Origin: a virus
Lineage: Duplodnaviria > Heunggongvirae > Uroviricota > Caudoviricetes
Length of the DNA stretch: 64,000 nt
IMG/VR virus record: IMGVR_UViG_3300018080_000114
Reading direction: 5' to 3' (one strand)
Every line of letters begins with the position of its first letter. Within the stretch, counting starts at the first letter, position 1. Shown one piece after another: positions 35,143-45,046 of this stretch. Below the pieces are notes generated by a model, which was not told where the DNA came from, did no database searches, and saw only the letters and a list, made by a program, of their open reading frames with translations. The translations under genes were made by a program, and so were the position numbers.

Positions 35143-35578
35143 ACAGATTCTAGAGGCTAAGGATGTCAGCATCTACAAGAGACTGTTGCGAGTGTTGGGT
35201 GACTATGCGGAATCCAATGCTGGGACTGGTGTGGATGATTTGTTTAACCGATTAACATCGGAAAAGGGAATCTCAATGCTGCCTAAGGACAAGCATGCGT
35301 TGGCGATTCTGGATTGTGTCCTGAAGGGACCTTCGGTTCCAGGGATTGTGCAGAAGTTGTTGAATTGTCGATTTGCCTCCTTGCCTATCTGCGTGAAGCC
35401 GATGTATAAGGTCGGACGCAGAACGCGCGTTGCATCATGGACACGTGGGATGTTCACTACAGATAAGGTCAAGGAACTGATTGATTGGGAGGGCAAGGGC
35501 AAGGGTGGCTGGACAGACATTGATGCAGAGAAGGTCACTTTGCTGGACTTGACAAAGGATGAGAAGGAGGACAAGTGA
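35132..35578 (+). CDS. hypothetical protein (148 aa)
   Basis: ORF track. Confidence 0.45.
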   Translation: MTREQILEAKDVSIYKRLLRVLGDYAESNAGTGVDDLFNRLTSEKGISMLPKDKHALAILDCVLKGPSVPGIVQKLLNCRFASLPICVKPMYKVGRRTRVASWTRGMFTTDKVKELIDWEGKGKGGWTDIDAEKVTLLDLTKDEKEDK

Positions 35579-36348
35579 TGTTTGATCCAACTGAGACCGA
35601 CATGACGAGCCTGTATGAGGACATGAGAAAGATCCGGGAGTCCATGACAGACACGGAAGAGGCTCCTCAGACGATGCATGTGCAGGATGATCCTAATATC
35701 GATGCGGAAGACTACAACATGGAGGACTACCGTGACGATGATCTGAATAAGGCGAAGAGCAAGACTGAGGAGGTTCCGGAGGAGGTCAAGGATTCGGAGC
35801 TGGAGCAGACCCCTGCCAAGCCGGATAAGAAGCAGACAAAGGAATCAAAGGATATCAAGGAAAATGTTGCACATCCTTTGCATCTTTGTAACGAGTGTTG
35901 CCGAACATTTCGCAATAATGAGCGTATATGCTTATACTGCGACTCTGGAGATGTTCTGCCTATTGGGCAGATTCAGGAAGGTATTCTGGAGTTGGTGGGT
36001 GAGATTGAGGGTATTGATCGCCGTGAGCAGGATGCGATTCGTCAGGCCGTAGAGAAGGGTGCTATCCCGAATGAGTGGCCGGATGAGGACGTTATGATCG
36101 ATGCTCTGAGCACGCTGGAGGACCTTGTTGATCCAATGAATGAGCCTGGAGACGTTCGTCAGGCTTATCTACGCCACATTGTGGTGCCAAAGGCCCTGTC
36201 TTTGGTCGAGGAGAGTGTGGACGAGCAGGAAGAGGATCATGCAGCGGAGACTCGCAAAGCGGAGCTGAAGGCCAAGATGGCTGAGAAGGAAAAGACGCAT
36301 GCTTCTGAGATGGAGCGGATGGCAAAGGAACTGGAAGGAATGAGTTGA
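35578..36348 (+). CDS. acidic protein with central zinc ribbon (256 aa)
   Basis: CNECC...CLYCDSGD motif; AAGGAGGACAAGTG-ATG. Confidence 0.45.
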   Translation: MFDPTETDMTSLYEDMRKIRESMTDTEEAPQTMHVQDDPNIDAEDYNMEDYRDDDLNKAKSKTEEVPEEVKDSELEQTPAKPDKKQTKESKDIKENVAHPLHLCNECCRTFRNNERICLYCDSGDVLPIGQIQEGILELVGEIEGIDRREQDAIRQAVEKGAIPNEWPDEDVMIDALSTLEDLVDPMNEPGDVRQAYLRHIVVPKALSLVEESVDEQEEDHAAETRKAELKAKMAEKEKTHASEMERMAKELEGMS

Positions 36349-37286
36349 TGTTCGGTGACTTCATTCACATCGTAGAATCCTCAATCGATTTCCCACGAGA
36401 GGGCCTAGATCCTCAGGTGTGGGAGGCGAAGGGTGAGGATTCTTATGTGCTGCGCCCAGAGGTCAAGGAACAGATTCTTGATTTTCTAGATAAATACCCG
36501 GATAGGGACATCGTGGGCATGGCAAAGGAAGAGGATGGAGAGCCCACTATCCATATCGTGGGTTCCATCTGCACGAATCAGTACTCTGATGAGGCCGATA
36601 TTGATGTTCATGTGGTGCTGGCTGAGGACGAGGAACTGTTCAACGATGAGGATGGAAGGGCTGAGGTGAAGAAGTGGTTCGAGGCGAACCGAGAAGAGTT
36701 GGGCGCATTCGTTGGTGAGCACCCTATCGAGGTCTATTTGCAGACGAATGAGTCACAGGACATGGCGTCTGATGGCGTGTATCATGTGGTGCGGGATGAG
36801 TGGTTGAAGGGTCCGAAGGTGGTAGGGACAGACTACGATCCGTATGATGATTTCTCACATGTTTTCGATGAACTTCAGGATCTGGCTGGGGACGCTGACC
36901 TATTGATGGGAGAGTTGAAGCGTGACGTGATTGACTATGAGACAATCTCGAAAGCTGTTCAGCATCTTCCTGAGGAGCAGAAGGAGAAATTGCTGGCGAA
37001 GCTGAAGGCGAAGTTGGAGGAGATCGAGGAGGATATTGATAAGTTGTATGGTGAGCGGAAGAAGATGGTGGATGTTCGAAAGCGCGCCAGCAGAGTGACT
37101 CCTGATCAAGCCATGAAGGATGCAGAGCTGAGCAAAGAGTGGGACGACGCAAATGCATTGTTCAAGTTCATGGATCGATATCGTTACTTGAAGGTCATCG
37201 GTGACCTGGAGGATGTGGCAGCTGATGATGGTGAGGTGACGGGGGACGAAGTGGACATTGTTAAGGATATCCTGGGAGTGGACTGA
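36348..37286 (+). CDS. nucleotidyltransferase-fold protein (Pol-beta-like), 312 aa
   Basis: IHIVGSICTNQYSDEADIDVHVV matches hG[GS]-x9-13-DhDh of minimal NTases; acidic helical C-terminus. Confidence 0.4.
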   Translation: MFGDFIHIVESSIDFPREGLDPQVWEAKGEDSYVLRPEVKEQILDFLDKYPDRDIVGMAKEEDGEPTIHIVGSICTNQYSDEADIDVHVVLAEDEELFNDEDGRAEVKKWFEANREELGAFVGEHPIEVYLQTNESQDMASDGVYHVVRDEWLKGPKVVGTDYDPYDDFSHVFDELQDLAGDADLLMGELKRDVIDYETISKAVQHLPEEQKEKLLAKLKAKLEEIEEDIDKLYGERKKMVDVRKRASRVTPDQAMKDAELSKEWDDANALFKFMDRYRYLKVIGDLEDVAADDGEVTGDEVDIVKDILGVD

Positions 37287-37507
37287 TGGAGTTTGAGAAC
37301 CTATTCGAGCAGGCAGCGGACAGCAAGCCCGCAATGGATGAAAAGGATATTGAAGAGCGCATCGTGAATCCCCTGGCACGCGCGTTGCCGGAAGGATATT
37401 GGTACTCTTCAAAGGAAGATGGTGAAGATGGGAGTCTCATCTATGAGTTCATCACAGGTGAGGGAGAAGGGCCGAAGATTCAGATTAGGGTGATGGACAA
37501 TGCCTAG
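37286..37507 (+). CDS. hypothetical protein (73 aa)
   Basis: ORF track. Confidence 0.35.
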   Translation: MEFENLFEQAADSKPAMDEKDIEERIVNPLARALPEGYWYSSKEDGEDGSLIYEFITGEGEGPKIQIRVMDNA

Positions 37508-37976
37508 TAGACAGATACCTCAGCGGACAGTGGATGTTCTTCGTCAGCACTTGGATTGTGTGTTGTTGGCGGTAGGGATTCCCTGTCAGTTGTATGTCCC
37601 AACGGACGCAAGCTATGCGACTGCGGAGAAGAAGGACATCTTCTCTACTCCGGAGGACTATGTGCATACGCAGTACTCTGCGAACTGCTGGGTGGAATGG
37701 AATCCAAGCAACTATCGGTTGAAGAAGTTTGGGCTTTTTACGGAAGAGACTTTGCCGATCCTGGTGTGGTTTGGGCATCAGGCAACGAATCAAAGTGGTG
37801 AGGTGGTGAATGTGGACATTGTTCAGCATAGCTACTTCAAGTTGAATGCTCAGTACATTCCGGCGAACTTTACGGAAGCTGAGGAGTTTGAGATTGTGAA
37901 CATTGGGGTGCGTGGAATGCATGATGCGATGGTGCTGAAGGCGTATTCGGCGGCTCCTAGGAGGAAGAAGCTATGA
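37500..37976 (+). CDS. hypothetical protein (158 aa)
   Basis: ORF track. Confidence 0.45.
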   Translation: MPSRQIPQRTVDVLRQHLDCVLLAVGIPCQLYVPTDASYATAEKKDIFSTPEDYVHTQYSANCWVEWNPSNYRLKKFGLFTEETLPILVWFGHQATNQSGEVVNVDIVQHSYFKLNAQYIPANFTEAEEFEIVNIGVRGMHDAMVLKAYSAAPRRKKL

Positions 37977-38173
37977 GATTATCACGTTTGAAAAACGCAA
38001 GCGATACATCGATCCCTGTTCGTCATGGTGGTGCAGTTACACATCTGGCTCCGAATGATGAGATGAAGAATGTGGATGTGCAGAACTTTGATGAGATCAA
38101 AGAGAAAGTGACAGCTACTCATGATTTGGGAGAGGTGAATGAAAGTCAAGGTGGTATTCGACTATGCGATTGA
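37973..38173 (+). CDS. hypothetical protein (66 aa)
   Basis: ORF track; GGAGGAAGAAGCT RBS. Confidence 0.3.
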   Translation: MRLSRLKNASDTSIPVRHGGAVTHLAPNDEMKNVDVQNFDEIKEKVTATHDLGEVNESQGGIRLCD

Positions 38174-38381
38174 GCGGCGACATCATGTGTGGGTCGGGGC
38201 GGCATTGGCTGCGACCAAGATGCACAATGACTATGTTGTAGATCGAGGACGTGGGCTCCCAGTGGGTCCAGAGGGTTTCGCAGAGGAGTGGTTCAAGAAG
38301 TACATGACTGACTTGGAAGTGAAGTTTGAGCGGTTGGTGATGAATTGCTTCTTGCAGATTTTGGGACAGGCACATGGCTAG
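38139..38381 (+). CDS. hypothetical protein (80 aa)
   Basis: ORF track; GGAGAGGTGA RBS; overlaps previous ORF. Confidence 0.35.
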   Translation: MKVKVVFDYAIERRHHVWVGAALAATKMHNDYVVDRGRGLPVGPEGFAEEWFKKYMTDLEVKFERLVMNCFLQILGQAHG

Positions 38382-39327
38382 TTTCCTTCAAGGATATGAC
38401 ATTGCGGTTCGATCATTGGTGTTTGATCGGTTCAAGTCTGTGTTCAGTTGGAACAGCTTGGCCGATGCGGACGCAGATCGGATCAATTTGTCTGTGTGCA
38501 TCTGTCCGAAGGGTTTGGCGCTTCGTGAGTTTTCGGAGAAACGGGCAAGGGATTATTTGAGTGTTCCAGCGGCGAACGTGTGGAGAATGGGGACGGCCTT
38601 CAGTTGGGCTCGTCAGCGTAGTGTTGTTTCGCGCCGTGGATTCAATGTGCAGTCTGGCGATGACATTATCAACGTCACAGCGAGTCCATTGGACTTAGCA
38701 TACGGCGTGTGGTTCTGGAGTCAAAGCCTGGATCTGATCTATCAGGCGATTGAGCAGTATACGACGTGGCAACACGATAATCCGAAGATTGAAGTGACCT
38801 ACAATGACACATATACACTGGACCCAGAGTTTCATTTTTCTGAGACAGTGGATGAGTCAGATATCGAGCAGATCTATTCGACTGGCAAGTACTTTGTGTG
38901 GCGCATGCCTTTGGCTATTGATGCATGGGTATTGAAGGCGGGAGATGGGTCAGACATTGTGATCAACAAGGTTCGCTTGACGGTGTACGATAAGGATTCT
39001 GTAACAGATTACAGCTCAATTGTGGTAGAGGATTCATCGCAGGACACGGAGTTGGAAGCAGCATTGCGATTGGATCGTGTGCAGCAGTATGGAATTGTGG
39101 GCGTGGACTTGACTGCCAATACGGTTGCGGTAGCAAATGATTGGGCGACGGACTTTGCTGTGGGTGATCAGGTGAAGATCGTGGAGTCTACATCGAATGA
39201 TGAGATGTATACGATTGCGAGTACGGGTGCTGTGTATGATTCTGTGAATGATCAGACATTGCTGTACTTTGTGGAGACGTTGGTGGATGCGACAGTGGAT
39301 GGTATTGTCGAGAAGTGGGGTGTTTGA
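38374..39327 (+). CDS. hypothetical (likely tail-associated) protein (317 aa)
   Basis: ORF track; beta-rich. Confidence 0.45.
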   Translation: MASFLQGYDIAVRSLVFDRFKSVFSWNSLADADADRINLSVCICPKGLALREFSEKRARDYLSVPAANVWRMGTAFSWARQRSVVSRRGFNVQSGDDIINVTASPLDLAYGVWFWSQSLDLIYQAIEQYTTWQHDNPKIEVTYNDTYTLDPEFHFSETVDESDIEQIYSTGKYFVWRMPLAIDAWVLKAGDGSDIVINKVRLTVYDKDSVTDYSSIVVEDSSQDTELEAALRLDRVQQYGIVGVDLTANTVAVANDWATDFAVGDQVKIVESTSNDEMYTIASTGAVYDSVNDQTLLYFVETLVDATVDGIVEKWGV

Positions 39328-39722
39328 TGGAATTGTTTGAGATGATTGCGGGTATTCATCTGTATGAAATCCTCTCACCAACAGAGGTGAAGAAACTCAA
39401 GGATGAGTTGGCTGATCCGGAGATTCTTCCATGCACGTTTGACGTGACAGTTCCCGGCTGGTTATCACGCATTGGACGCTGGGGCAAGCTCACGATTCAC
39501 CATAAGGACCCAGAGAACTTTAGGGGAAAGAGGAGAGTTACACCACAGCAAATGGATAGGAGGTTGGGGGATGTCGGTGTGAACAAGATGTTTGGCCGAT
39601 GGTCAGTGGATAAGAAGGGCCTGACGAAGGTGGTCTTTTACAGGGACTACATTGGGGTGAGTGGCAGGCACTATACGGAACAGTTCATTGTTAGTGTGAA
39701 GCTCAAGAAAGAGTTGAGGTAG
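39327..39722 (+). CDS. hypothetical protein upstream of sheath (~131 aa)
   Basis: ORF track (39315 GTG / 39327 ATG). Confidence 0.4.
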   Translation: MELFEMIAGIHLYEILSPTEVKKLKDELADPEILPCTFDVTVPGWLSRIGRWGKLTIHHKDPENFRGKRRVTPQQMDRRLGDVGVNKMFGRWSVDKKGLTKVVFYRDYIGVSGRHYTEQFIVSVKLKKELR

Positions 39723-39746
39723 CACAGAGATTGAGGAGGAATAAGG

Positions 39747-41369
39747 ATGTCGATCTATTTGAGTCCAGGCGTTTACGCTACAGAAAAGGATTTGTCGGAT
39801 GTGGTCCCTGCCCTTGCAAGTTCGTCAGCCGCGCTGGTGGGATACTCAGCGAAGGGGAGCGTGGACGAGATCCTATTGATTACGAATACCCAGCAGTTCA
39901 TCGAGAACTATGGTGAGCCTAATCCTAGTTCGGGACACTACATGCACTATGCTGCGTTGGCATATTTGGCACAAGGTAACAAGTTGTATTGTTTGCGTGT
40001 GACGAATGGTGCCTTGTATGGTGGTGTGAATATCATGGCGTCTACATCATCGGAAGCGAATGCAGCCATTTCAAGTGGAAAGGCGAGTGCGACGTTTGGC
40101 GTGGCTTCTGGGTTGGATGATGATGTTCTGTTCCAGATTGTTGGGGCTGATCCTGGTGTGTGGGACAATAAGGTCAAGATCAAGATCCAGAACATCAAGA
40201 CGGGTTCTGATACGGTGATCACCGACCAGTACACCTTTGAGATCGTGGTGTATTACACCAACGAGGATGGGGAAGATGAGCAGGTGGAGCTGTTCAAGGT
40301 TTCACGTAAGACCAAGGTGGATGGCTTTGGGAAGCAGTTGAATCTGGAGGATCGGATCAACGGCATCAGCAAGTACATCCGTGTTGCGGACAATACAGCC
40401 ATTGCTGACACAGTTCTACCGAAGGCGCAAGCTACAGTTTTGGCTTTGGCTCAAGGTGCGGATGGAAGTTCTATCAGCTCTTCAGATCTGACGAGTGGAT
40501 GGGATGAGTTTGCGAATCCGGATGATGTGGATGTTCGTATCCTGATCAATGGTGGTGAGACGGCTGTGGCGGTTCAGAATAAGATGATCTCTATTGCGGA
40601 AGCACGTGCAGACTGTATTGCATTGCTGGATATTCCGTGGGCATCAGTCCAGTCTGTGACTGACATGGTGACATTCCGCGATACGACGTTGAATGCAAAC
40701 AGTAATTATGCGGCCATGTATGCGGCGTGGGTTCAGATTCATGATCCTTACAATGATCTGCTGATCTATGTTCCACCGAGTGGGCATGCGGCGGCTCAGA
40801 TGGCATACAATGACTTCGTGGCGTATACGTGGTATGCGCCAGCTGGTTTCAATCGTGGACAGTTGGACGTGATTACGCCGTCATATGTGTTTACGGAGGG
40901 TGAGCGCGATACGTTGTATCAGGCTCAAATCAATCCGATCCAGATGTTCCGAGGAGAAGGGACGGTGATTTGGGGGCAGAAGACGCTCCAGAGTAAGTTC
41001 TCGGCATTGAGCAGCATCAACGTTCGTAGAATGTTGATCATCATTGAGAAGGCTATGGCGATCTCACTGAGAAGCTTTGTGTTTGAGCCAAACAATGAAA
41101 CGACTAGGTTCCGAGCGACGGCATTGTTGGATGAGTATCTTGGGCAGCTGTCTACTCAGGGCGCATTCCAGACGGAGGCTGGGGATGATGGGTATCACGT
41201 GCTGTGTGACAGCACAAACAACACATCGGCAGTCATTGACAACAATGAACTGCGTGTCGATGTGTTTGTGAAGCCGGTACGTGCGGCTGAGTTTATCCGT
41301 CTTCAGACTGTTGTTACGACCACTGGTGCCACCTTTGAGGAGCTGATTGATCGTGGGGCGATTTTCTAA
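39747..41369 (+). CDS. tail sheath protein
   Basis: N-terminus MSIYLSPGVYATEKDLS and C-terminal domain (GTVIWGQKTLQ...INVRRMLIIIEKAM...ELRVDVFVKPVRAAEFIRLQ) characteristic of contractile sheath proteins; strong RBS GAGGAGGAATAAGG. Confidence 0.85.
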   Translation: MSIYLSPGVYATEKDLSDVVPALASSSAALVGYSAKGSVDEILLITNTQQFIENYGEPNPSSGHYMHYAALAYLAQGNKLYCLRVTNGALYGGVNIMASTSSEANAAISSGKASATFGVASGLDDDVLFQIVGADPGVWDNKVKIKIQNIKTGSDTVITDQYTFEIVVYYTNEDGEDEQVELFKVSRKTKVDGFGKQLNLEDRINGISKYIRVADNTAIADTVLPKAQATVLALAQGADGSSISSSDLTSGWDEFANPDDVDVRILINGGETAVAVQNKMISIAEARADCIALLDIPWASVQSVTDMVTFRDTTLNANSNYAAMYAAWVQIHDPYNDLLIYVPPSGHAAAQMAYNDFVAYTWYAPAGFNRGQLDVITPSYVFTEGERDTLYQAQINPIQMFRGEGTVIWGQKTLQSKFSALSSINVRRMLIIIEKAMAISLRSFVFEPNNETTRFRATALLDEYLGQLSTQGAFQTEAGDDGYHVLCDSTNNTSAVIDNNELRVDVFVKPVRAAEFIRLQTVVTTTGATFEELIDRGAIF

Positions 41370-41400
41370 GATAGGATTCTAGCTGAGAAGGAGAAGTATC

Positions 41401-41916
41401 ATGGCTGATATGAGTGCTGATGTTCTGAAAAACAATCTGACCAATCCTGCAAAGACATACTTGTGGGAAATGCTCTTCACCAATCCGATTGGTGGAGGGG
41501 ATTCAGATGTGATGGATCTTCGCTGTCAGACTACGGTCATTCCGGGCCGTAGTCATGGGGAGATTTTGATTCCATTCAAGGGCACACCTGGGATCAAGTT
41601 TCCTGGAAAGCTGACGATGCCACACACGTGGGCAATGACGTTCGTTGAGGGTACGGACAGGAAGGTGTTCGATGCACTTCATGGGTGGTCGGAAGCGATC
41701 ACCAGTGCGAGGACAGGTATCGGAGGTCCGGATGTGTCTATCAAGACTGATGTATACTTGCGGTGTTTGAGTATGCAGGGTGAAGTCTGGATGACCATCA
41801 AGGCAATTGGTATGTACGTGCAGAATGTGGATGATGTGCCTCTGAATTATGAGGATGATACATCAATCTACTTCAATGCAACGTTTAGTTACGACCGTTG
41901 GGAGCATGTGGACTAA
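41401..41916 (+). CDS. tail tube protein (T4 gp19-like)
   Basis: Directly after sheath; N-terminal NPAKTYLWEMLF and C-terminal IYFNATFSYDRWE parallel gp19 (ARPNLFQVEI ... FEVTLALDYWE). Confidence 0.65.
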   Translation: MADMSADVLKNNLTNPAKTYLWEMLFTNPIGGGDSDVMDLRCQTTVIPGRSHGEILIPFKGTPGIKFPGKLTMPHTWAMTFVEGTDRKVFDALHGWSEAITSARTGIGGPDVSIKTDVYLRCLSMQGEVWMTIKAIGMYVQNVDDVPLNYEDDTSIYFNATFSYDRWEHVD

Positions 41917-42590
41917 TGGCGACCTTGGGATTTGATTTGTCTGGAGTGGCTTTTTCTGGATTGTCCAAGACGTGGATGCTTCAGAGGAAGTATAACTGGC
42001 AGCTCTTGCTACCTCACAACATCAATGGCAATATTGGGTTATTCGTGTCCCAGTATTGCCAGGATGTTCAGTTTGGGGATTACGGAATGTCTGCGCTGTC
42101 TCAGTTGAAGTATGGGGCATTCCAACGTTTCTATGCGGGGATGCAGGACATTAGCACATTTCAGGCGGTCTTTTTGGCTCCTGTGGACAATTCGGTCCTG
42201 AGCTATTTCCATGGATGGTATCATTTGATGGTCGATGGTCGCGGCTATTACTACCCAAAGAACCACTACAAGAAGAACATGTTCGTTGCCATGTATGATC
42301 GGTCATATGTGGAGTCTGTGCGTTTTGAAATCAGAGGCGCATTCCCCATTCGAAAGCCGTTTGTGGATCTATCTTATGGTGACGAGGATGTGGTGAAGTA
42401 TGTGGTGGAGTTTGCAGTGGATCAGGTGGAGATGACCAGTCTGATCGGATCTATCCGAGAGGGCGTGACGAATGTGGCTGGGGATATAGCTGCAAAAACA
42501 GTAGGTTTGTTAGGTGGTGCAGGTGGGACAATTAGTGGGGCTGTTACTGCTTCAGGTAACATCCTAACACAAGGAGGTCTTTCTCTGTAA
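41916..42590 (+). CDS. tail-tube-fold paralog (gp48/gp54-like tube initiator?)
   Basis: Similar size and C-terminal VKYVVEFAVDQVEM pattern to the tube protein. Confidence 0.4.
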   Translation: MATLGFDLSGVAFSGLSKTWMLQRKYNWQLLLPHNINGNIGLFVSQYCQDVQFGDYGMSALSQLKYGAFQRFYAGMQDISTFQAVFLAPVDNSVLSYFHGWYHLMVDGRGYYYPKNHYKKNMFVAMYDRSYVESVRFEIRGAFPIRKPFVDLSYGDEDVVKYVVEFAVDQVEMTSLIGSIREGVTNVAGDIAAKTVGLLGGAGGTISGAVTASGNILTQGGLSL

Positions 42591-42615
42591 TCACTCACTT
42601 TGACCGGAGAGAATA

Positions 42616-43323
42616 ATGAGTGAATTTCTTCCAATTCAGTTGCCGTCTAGATGCATTCCGTATGGCGTGAGTCAAGAGGAGATTACTGTCCGTCCTTATA
42701 TGGGCAGTGATGAGATCGTGTTGGCACAGATCAATCCTGTGAACGTGGAGTCCAAGTACTTGCAGGTGCTCCGTGACGTGGTGCGGGGAATTGATGTCAC
42801 TGAGCTGACACTTGGTGATCGGCTGTACATCATCCTCTGGGAGTACGTCAATTCATACAATGAGCATATGAAGGTACGAACTGTGTGTACTCATTGCCTG
42901 GAGTCCATCGAGCCCATGATCAATTTGACGAAGCTGGAAAAGGTGGAATTGCCGAAGGACTTTGCACAGCCATATCATCTGGTGCTTCCGTCTGGTGGTT
43001 CCGTTGACCTACGTCTACTGACGGTAGGTGATCAAATCGAGATCGAAAAGTTTCCGAATGCTGCTGAGGCATACTTGTTCAAGTGGGCACGGTCTATCGT
43101 ATCGGAAAAGTCCGTGGTTGAGATGATGTATGATCTGAAGAAGTTCAGTGCCAAGGATCTGGCTACGATTCGATCTTGGCATGAGAAGATGTACCATGGA
43201 CCGGACATGTCTACTAAGTTCCAATGTCCGAAGTGTGGGAATGAGGAGGACGTTGAGGTTCCCTTTCGACTTGACTTCATTTTTCCAGATGGTCAAGCCC
43301 TTACAGACACTTTTGGAACGTGA
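42616..43323 (+). CDS. putative tail assembly chaperone with zinc ribbon (235 aa)
   Basis: Position between tube and tape measure; CTHC...CPKCG motifs. Confidence 0.35.
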   Translation: MSEFLPIQLPSRCIPYGVSQEEITVRPYMGSDEIVLAQINPVNVESKYLQVLRDVVRGIDVTELTLGDRLYIILWEYVNSYNEHMKVRTVCTHCLESIEPMINLTKLEKVELPKDFAQPYHLVLPSGGSVDLRLLTVGDQIEIEKFPNAAEAYLFKWARSIVSEKSVVEMMYDLKKFSAKDLATIRSWHEKMYHGPDMSTKFQCPKCGNEEDVEVPFRLDFIFPDGQALTDTFGT

Positions 43324-43459
43324 GTTCCGGCTGTGCTATCGGGTTCCGGGTTTCACGTTGAGTGATTTACGGAACACTAGTTCACGGATATTGGACTGGT
43401 TTGATAGTCGATTGCAAAAGCAGTTGCAGGATGAAGCTGAGCAGATGAAGGGAAAATAG
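43148..43459 (+). CDS. overlapping +1-frame ORF ending 1 nt before tape measure start (possible frameshift extension)
   Basis: ORF track; frame +1 relative to 42616..43323; T5C run at 43280-43285. Confidence 0.25.
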   Translation: MPRIWLRFDLGMRRCTMDRTCLLSSNVRSVGMRRTLRFPFDLTSFFQMVKPLQTLLEREFRLCYRVPGFTLSDLRNTSSRILDWFDSRLQKQLQDEAEQMKGK

Positions 43460-43460
43460 G

Positions 43461-45044
43461 ATGGCAGCAAGACGTTTCTATTATGAGAATGTGTTTGGTG
43501 TGGATCAGTACAGTATGAAAGTGCTTCGTGCTTTGCATGCCAAATACACCAGAGACTACTTGGCTTTCTTCAAGTCACTGTCATCCATGTATGGGGCCAG
43601 TCCTCAGAAGCGTGAGATCGATGATGCAGTCATGTTGGTGCAGAAGGTTCGCGGGACTATCGAGAGTGTCTTGCAGAATAAGAGTATTGATCGGGATGAC
43701 GCACGAGTGATTTATGAGTTGACTGGTCAGATTGAGGAGAAAAAGGATGCTTTGATGGAACAGGCGGCTCAGGTCAAGGCGTTGCGGGAGAGATTGGACA
43801 AGGTTCAGCGGGAAGTTGGCATCTCTGCGAAGGATCTGAATATAACGCGCCAGATCGTCCGTAAGGGCGTGAAGCAGGCGGCAGGGTCCCAGAGGGAGGG
43901 TGTCATGGATTTCTTGGCTAGAACGGCTCCTGGGACGCTAGAATTGGGCCGTAAGCTGACTCGTGGAGCAGCGGCAACTTTTGCGGGTCCTTTTGCCCCA
44001 CTTTTGGGTGCTGGTTATGATGTGGCAAGAGGTGCGGCGGGTATTGCTGGTGGTCTGGGTAAGAAGCTCCGACAACGACAAGAGCGTCGATTTGCCAGTA
44101 AACTGAAAGCCTATGCGCCAGGTGAGGATTTGGAAGGTCTCGCACAGGCGCGTGGAATGGGAACTTCTTTGTCTGGAATCACAGGGACAGTGGCACGTGA
44201 GACAAAGCGTGCCATGGATCTGGAGGGTCGTGTGGGTGCTGGGAAGTGCAGCTGTGATTTGATGGATTTCTGGAACAAGGGTGCCTATCGTGCGAAGTAC
44301 ACAAAGGAATTGTTGAGCGTACTGAAAGACATGCGTGGGAAGGGTAAGGGACGTGTGGCTGATTTGAAGGAGAGACTTCTGGATACAGTCGATGACTTTG
44401 CTCTACTGGGTACTGCTATGGCTCCGTTGATTGCGAAGGGTGCTGGGATTGCGCTGTTGGCTGTGGGCGTGGGCCATGCGGTCTATCAGTTTGGGCGATT
44501 GCATAAGGCGGTGGATAGTTGGCTGGGCGCAAAGGATGCTGAGAAGGAGGCTCTGAAGCTGGCTGAGAAGTCCTATTCAAATTGGATGAAGGTGGTTGAG
44601 AAAGAAGGCATCGTGTCTGTGGCGAAGCAGGCTAACATGTCTGTTCGGAATATGGCTGAGTTTTTGGCCAAGGAACAGCAGCGTATTGAACGTGAGCGCC
44701 GACGTACTCGTTCGGGTGCCAGTGGCGTGTTGGCTGATCTGAGGGAGGTCGTATTGGGGCCGGATGTTGGTCCTTCGTTGGTGGAGCGTCGTGACGAGAT
44801 CATTCGTGCTGGTGGTGCTGATCCATCGGCTCACACACTGGCCTCTGAGATGCAGAAGTTGAACAAGAATATGTCTGAGCAGATCGAACTGATGCGAAAG
44901 GCCAATGAGAACATGGCACGCCGAGAGCGTGAGGCAGCGGAGAAGTATCCAGTGACTGGTGCGATGTTCCCACCGAATCTACATGATTCAGGTGATGCAT
45001 TGTTGAATGAGCAAGCAAATGGGCGTTTGGGACTTGAGGACTGA
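43461..45044 (+). CDS. tail tape measure protein (527 aa)
   Basis: Position after tube/chaperone genes; extended coiled-coil segments separated by Gly/Ala-rich hydrophobic blocks (AATFAGPFAPLLGAGYDVARGAAGIAGG; GAGIALLAVGVGHAV). Confidence 0.6.
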   Translation: MAARRFYYENVFGVDQYSMKVLRALHAKYTRDYLAFFKSLSSMYGASPQKREIDDAVMLVQKVRGTIESVLQNKSIDRDDARVIYELTGQIEEKKDALMEQAAQVKALRERLDKVQREVGISAKDLNITRQIVRKGVKQAAGSQREGVMDFLARTAPGTLELGRKLTRGAAATFAGPFAPLLGAGYDVARGAAGIAGGLGKKLRQRQERRFASKLKAYAPGEDLEGLAQARGMGTSLSGITGTVARETKRAMDLEGRVGAGKCSCDLMDFWNKGAYRAKYTKELLSVLKDMRGKGKGRVADLKERLLDTVDDFALLGTAMAPLIAKGAGIALLAVGVGHAVYQFGRLHKAVDSWLGAKDAEKEALKLAEKSYSNWMKVVEKEGIVSVAKQANMSVRNMAEFLAKEQQRIERERRRTRSGASGVLADLREVVLGPDVGPSLVERRDEIIRAGGADPSAHTLASEMQKLNKNMSEQIELMRKANENMARREREAAEKYPVTGAMFPPNLHDSGDALLNEQANGRLGLED

Positions 45045-45046
45045 TC

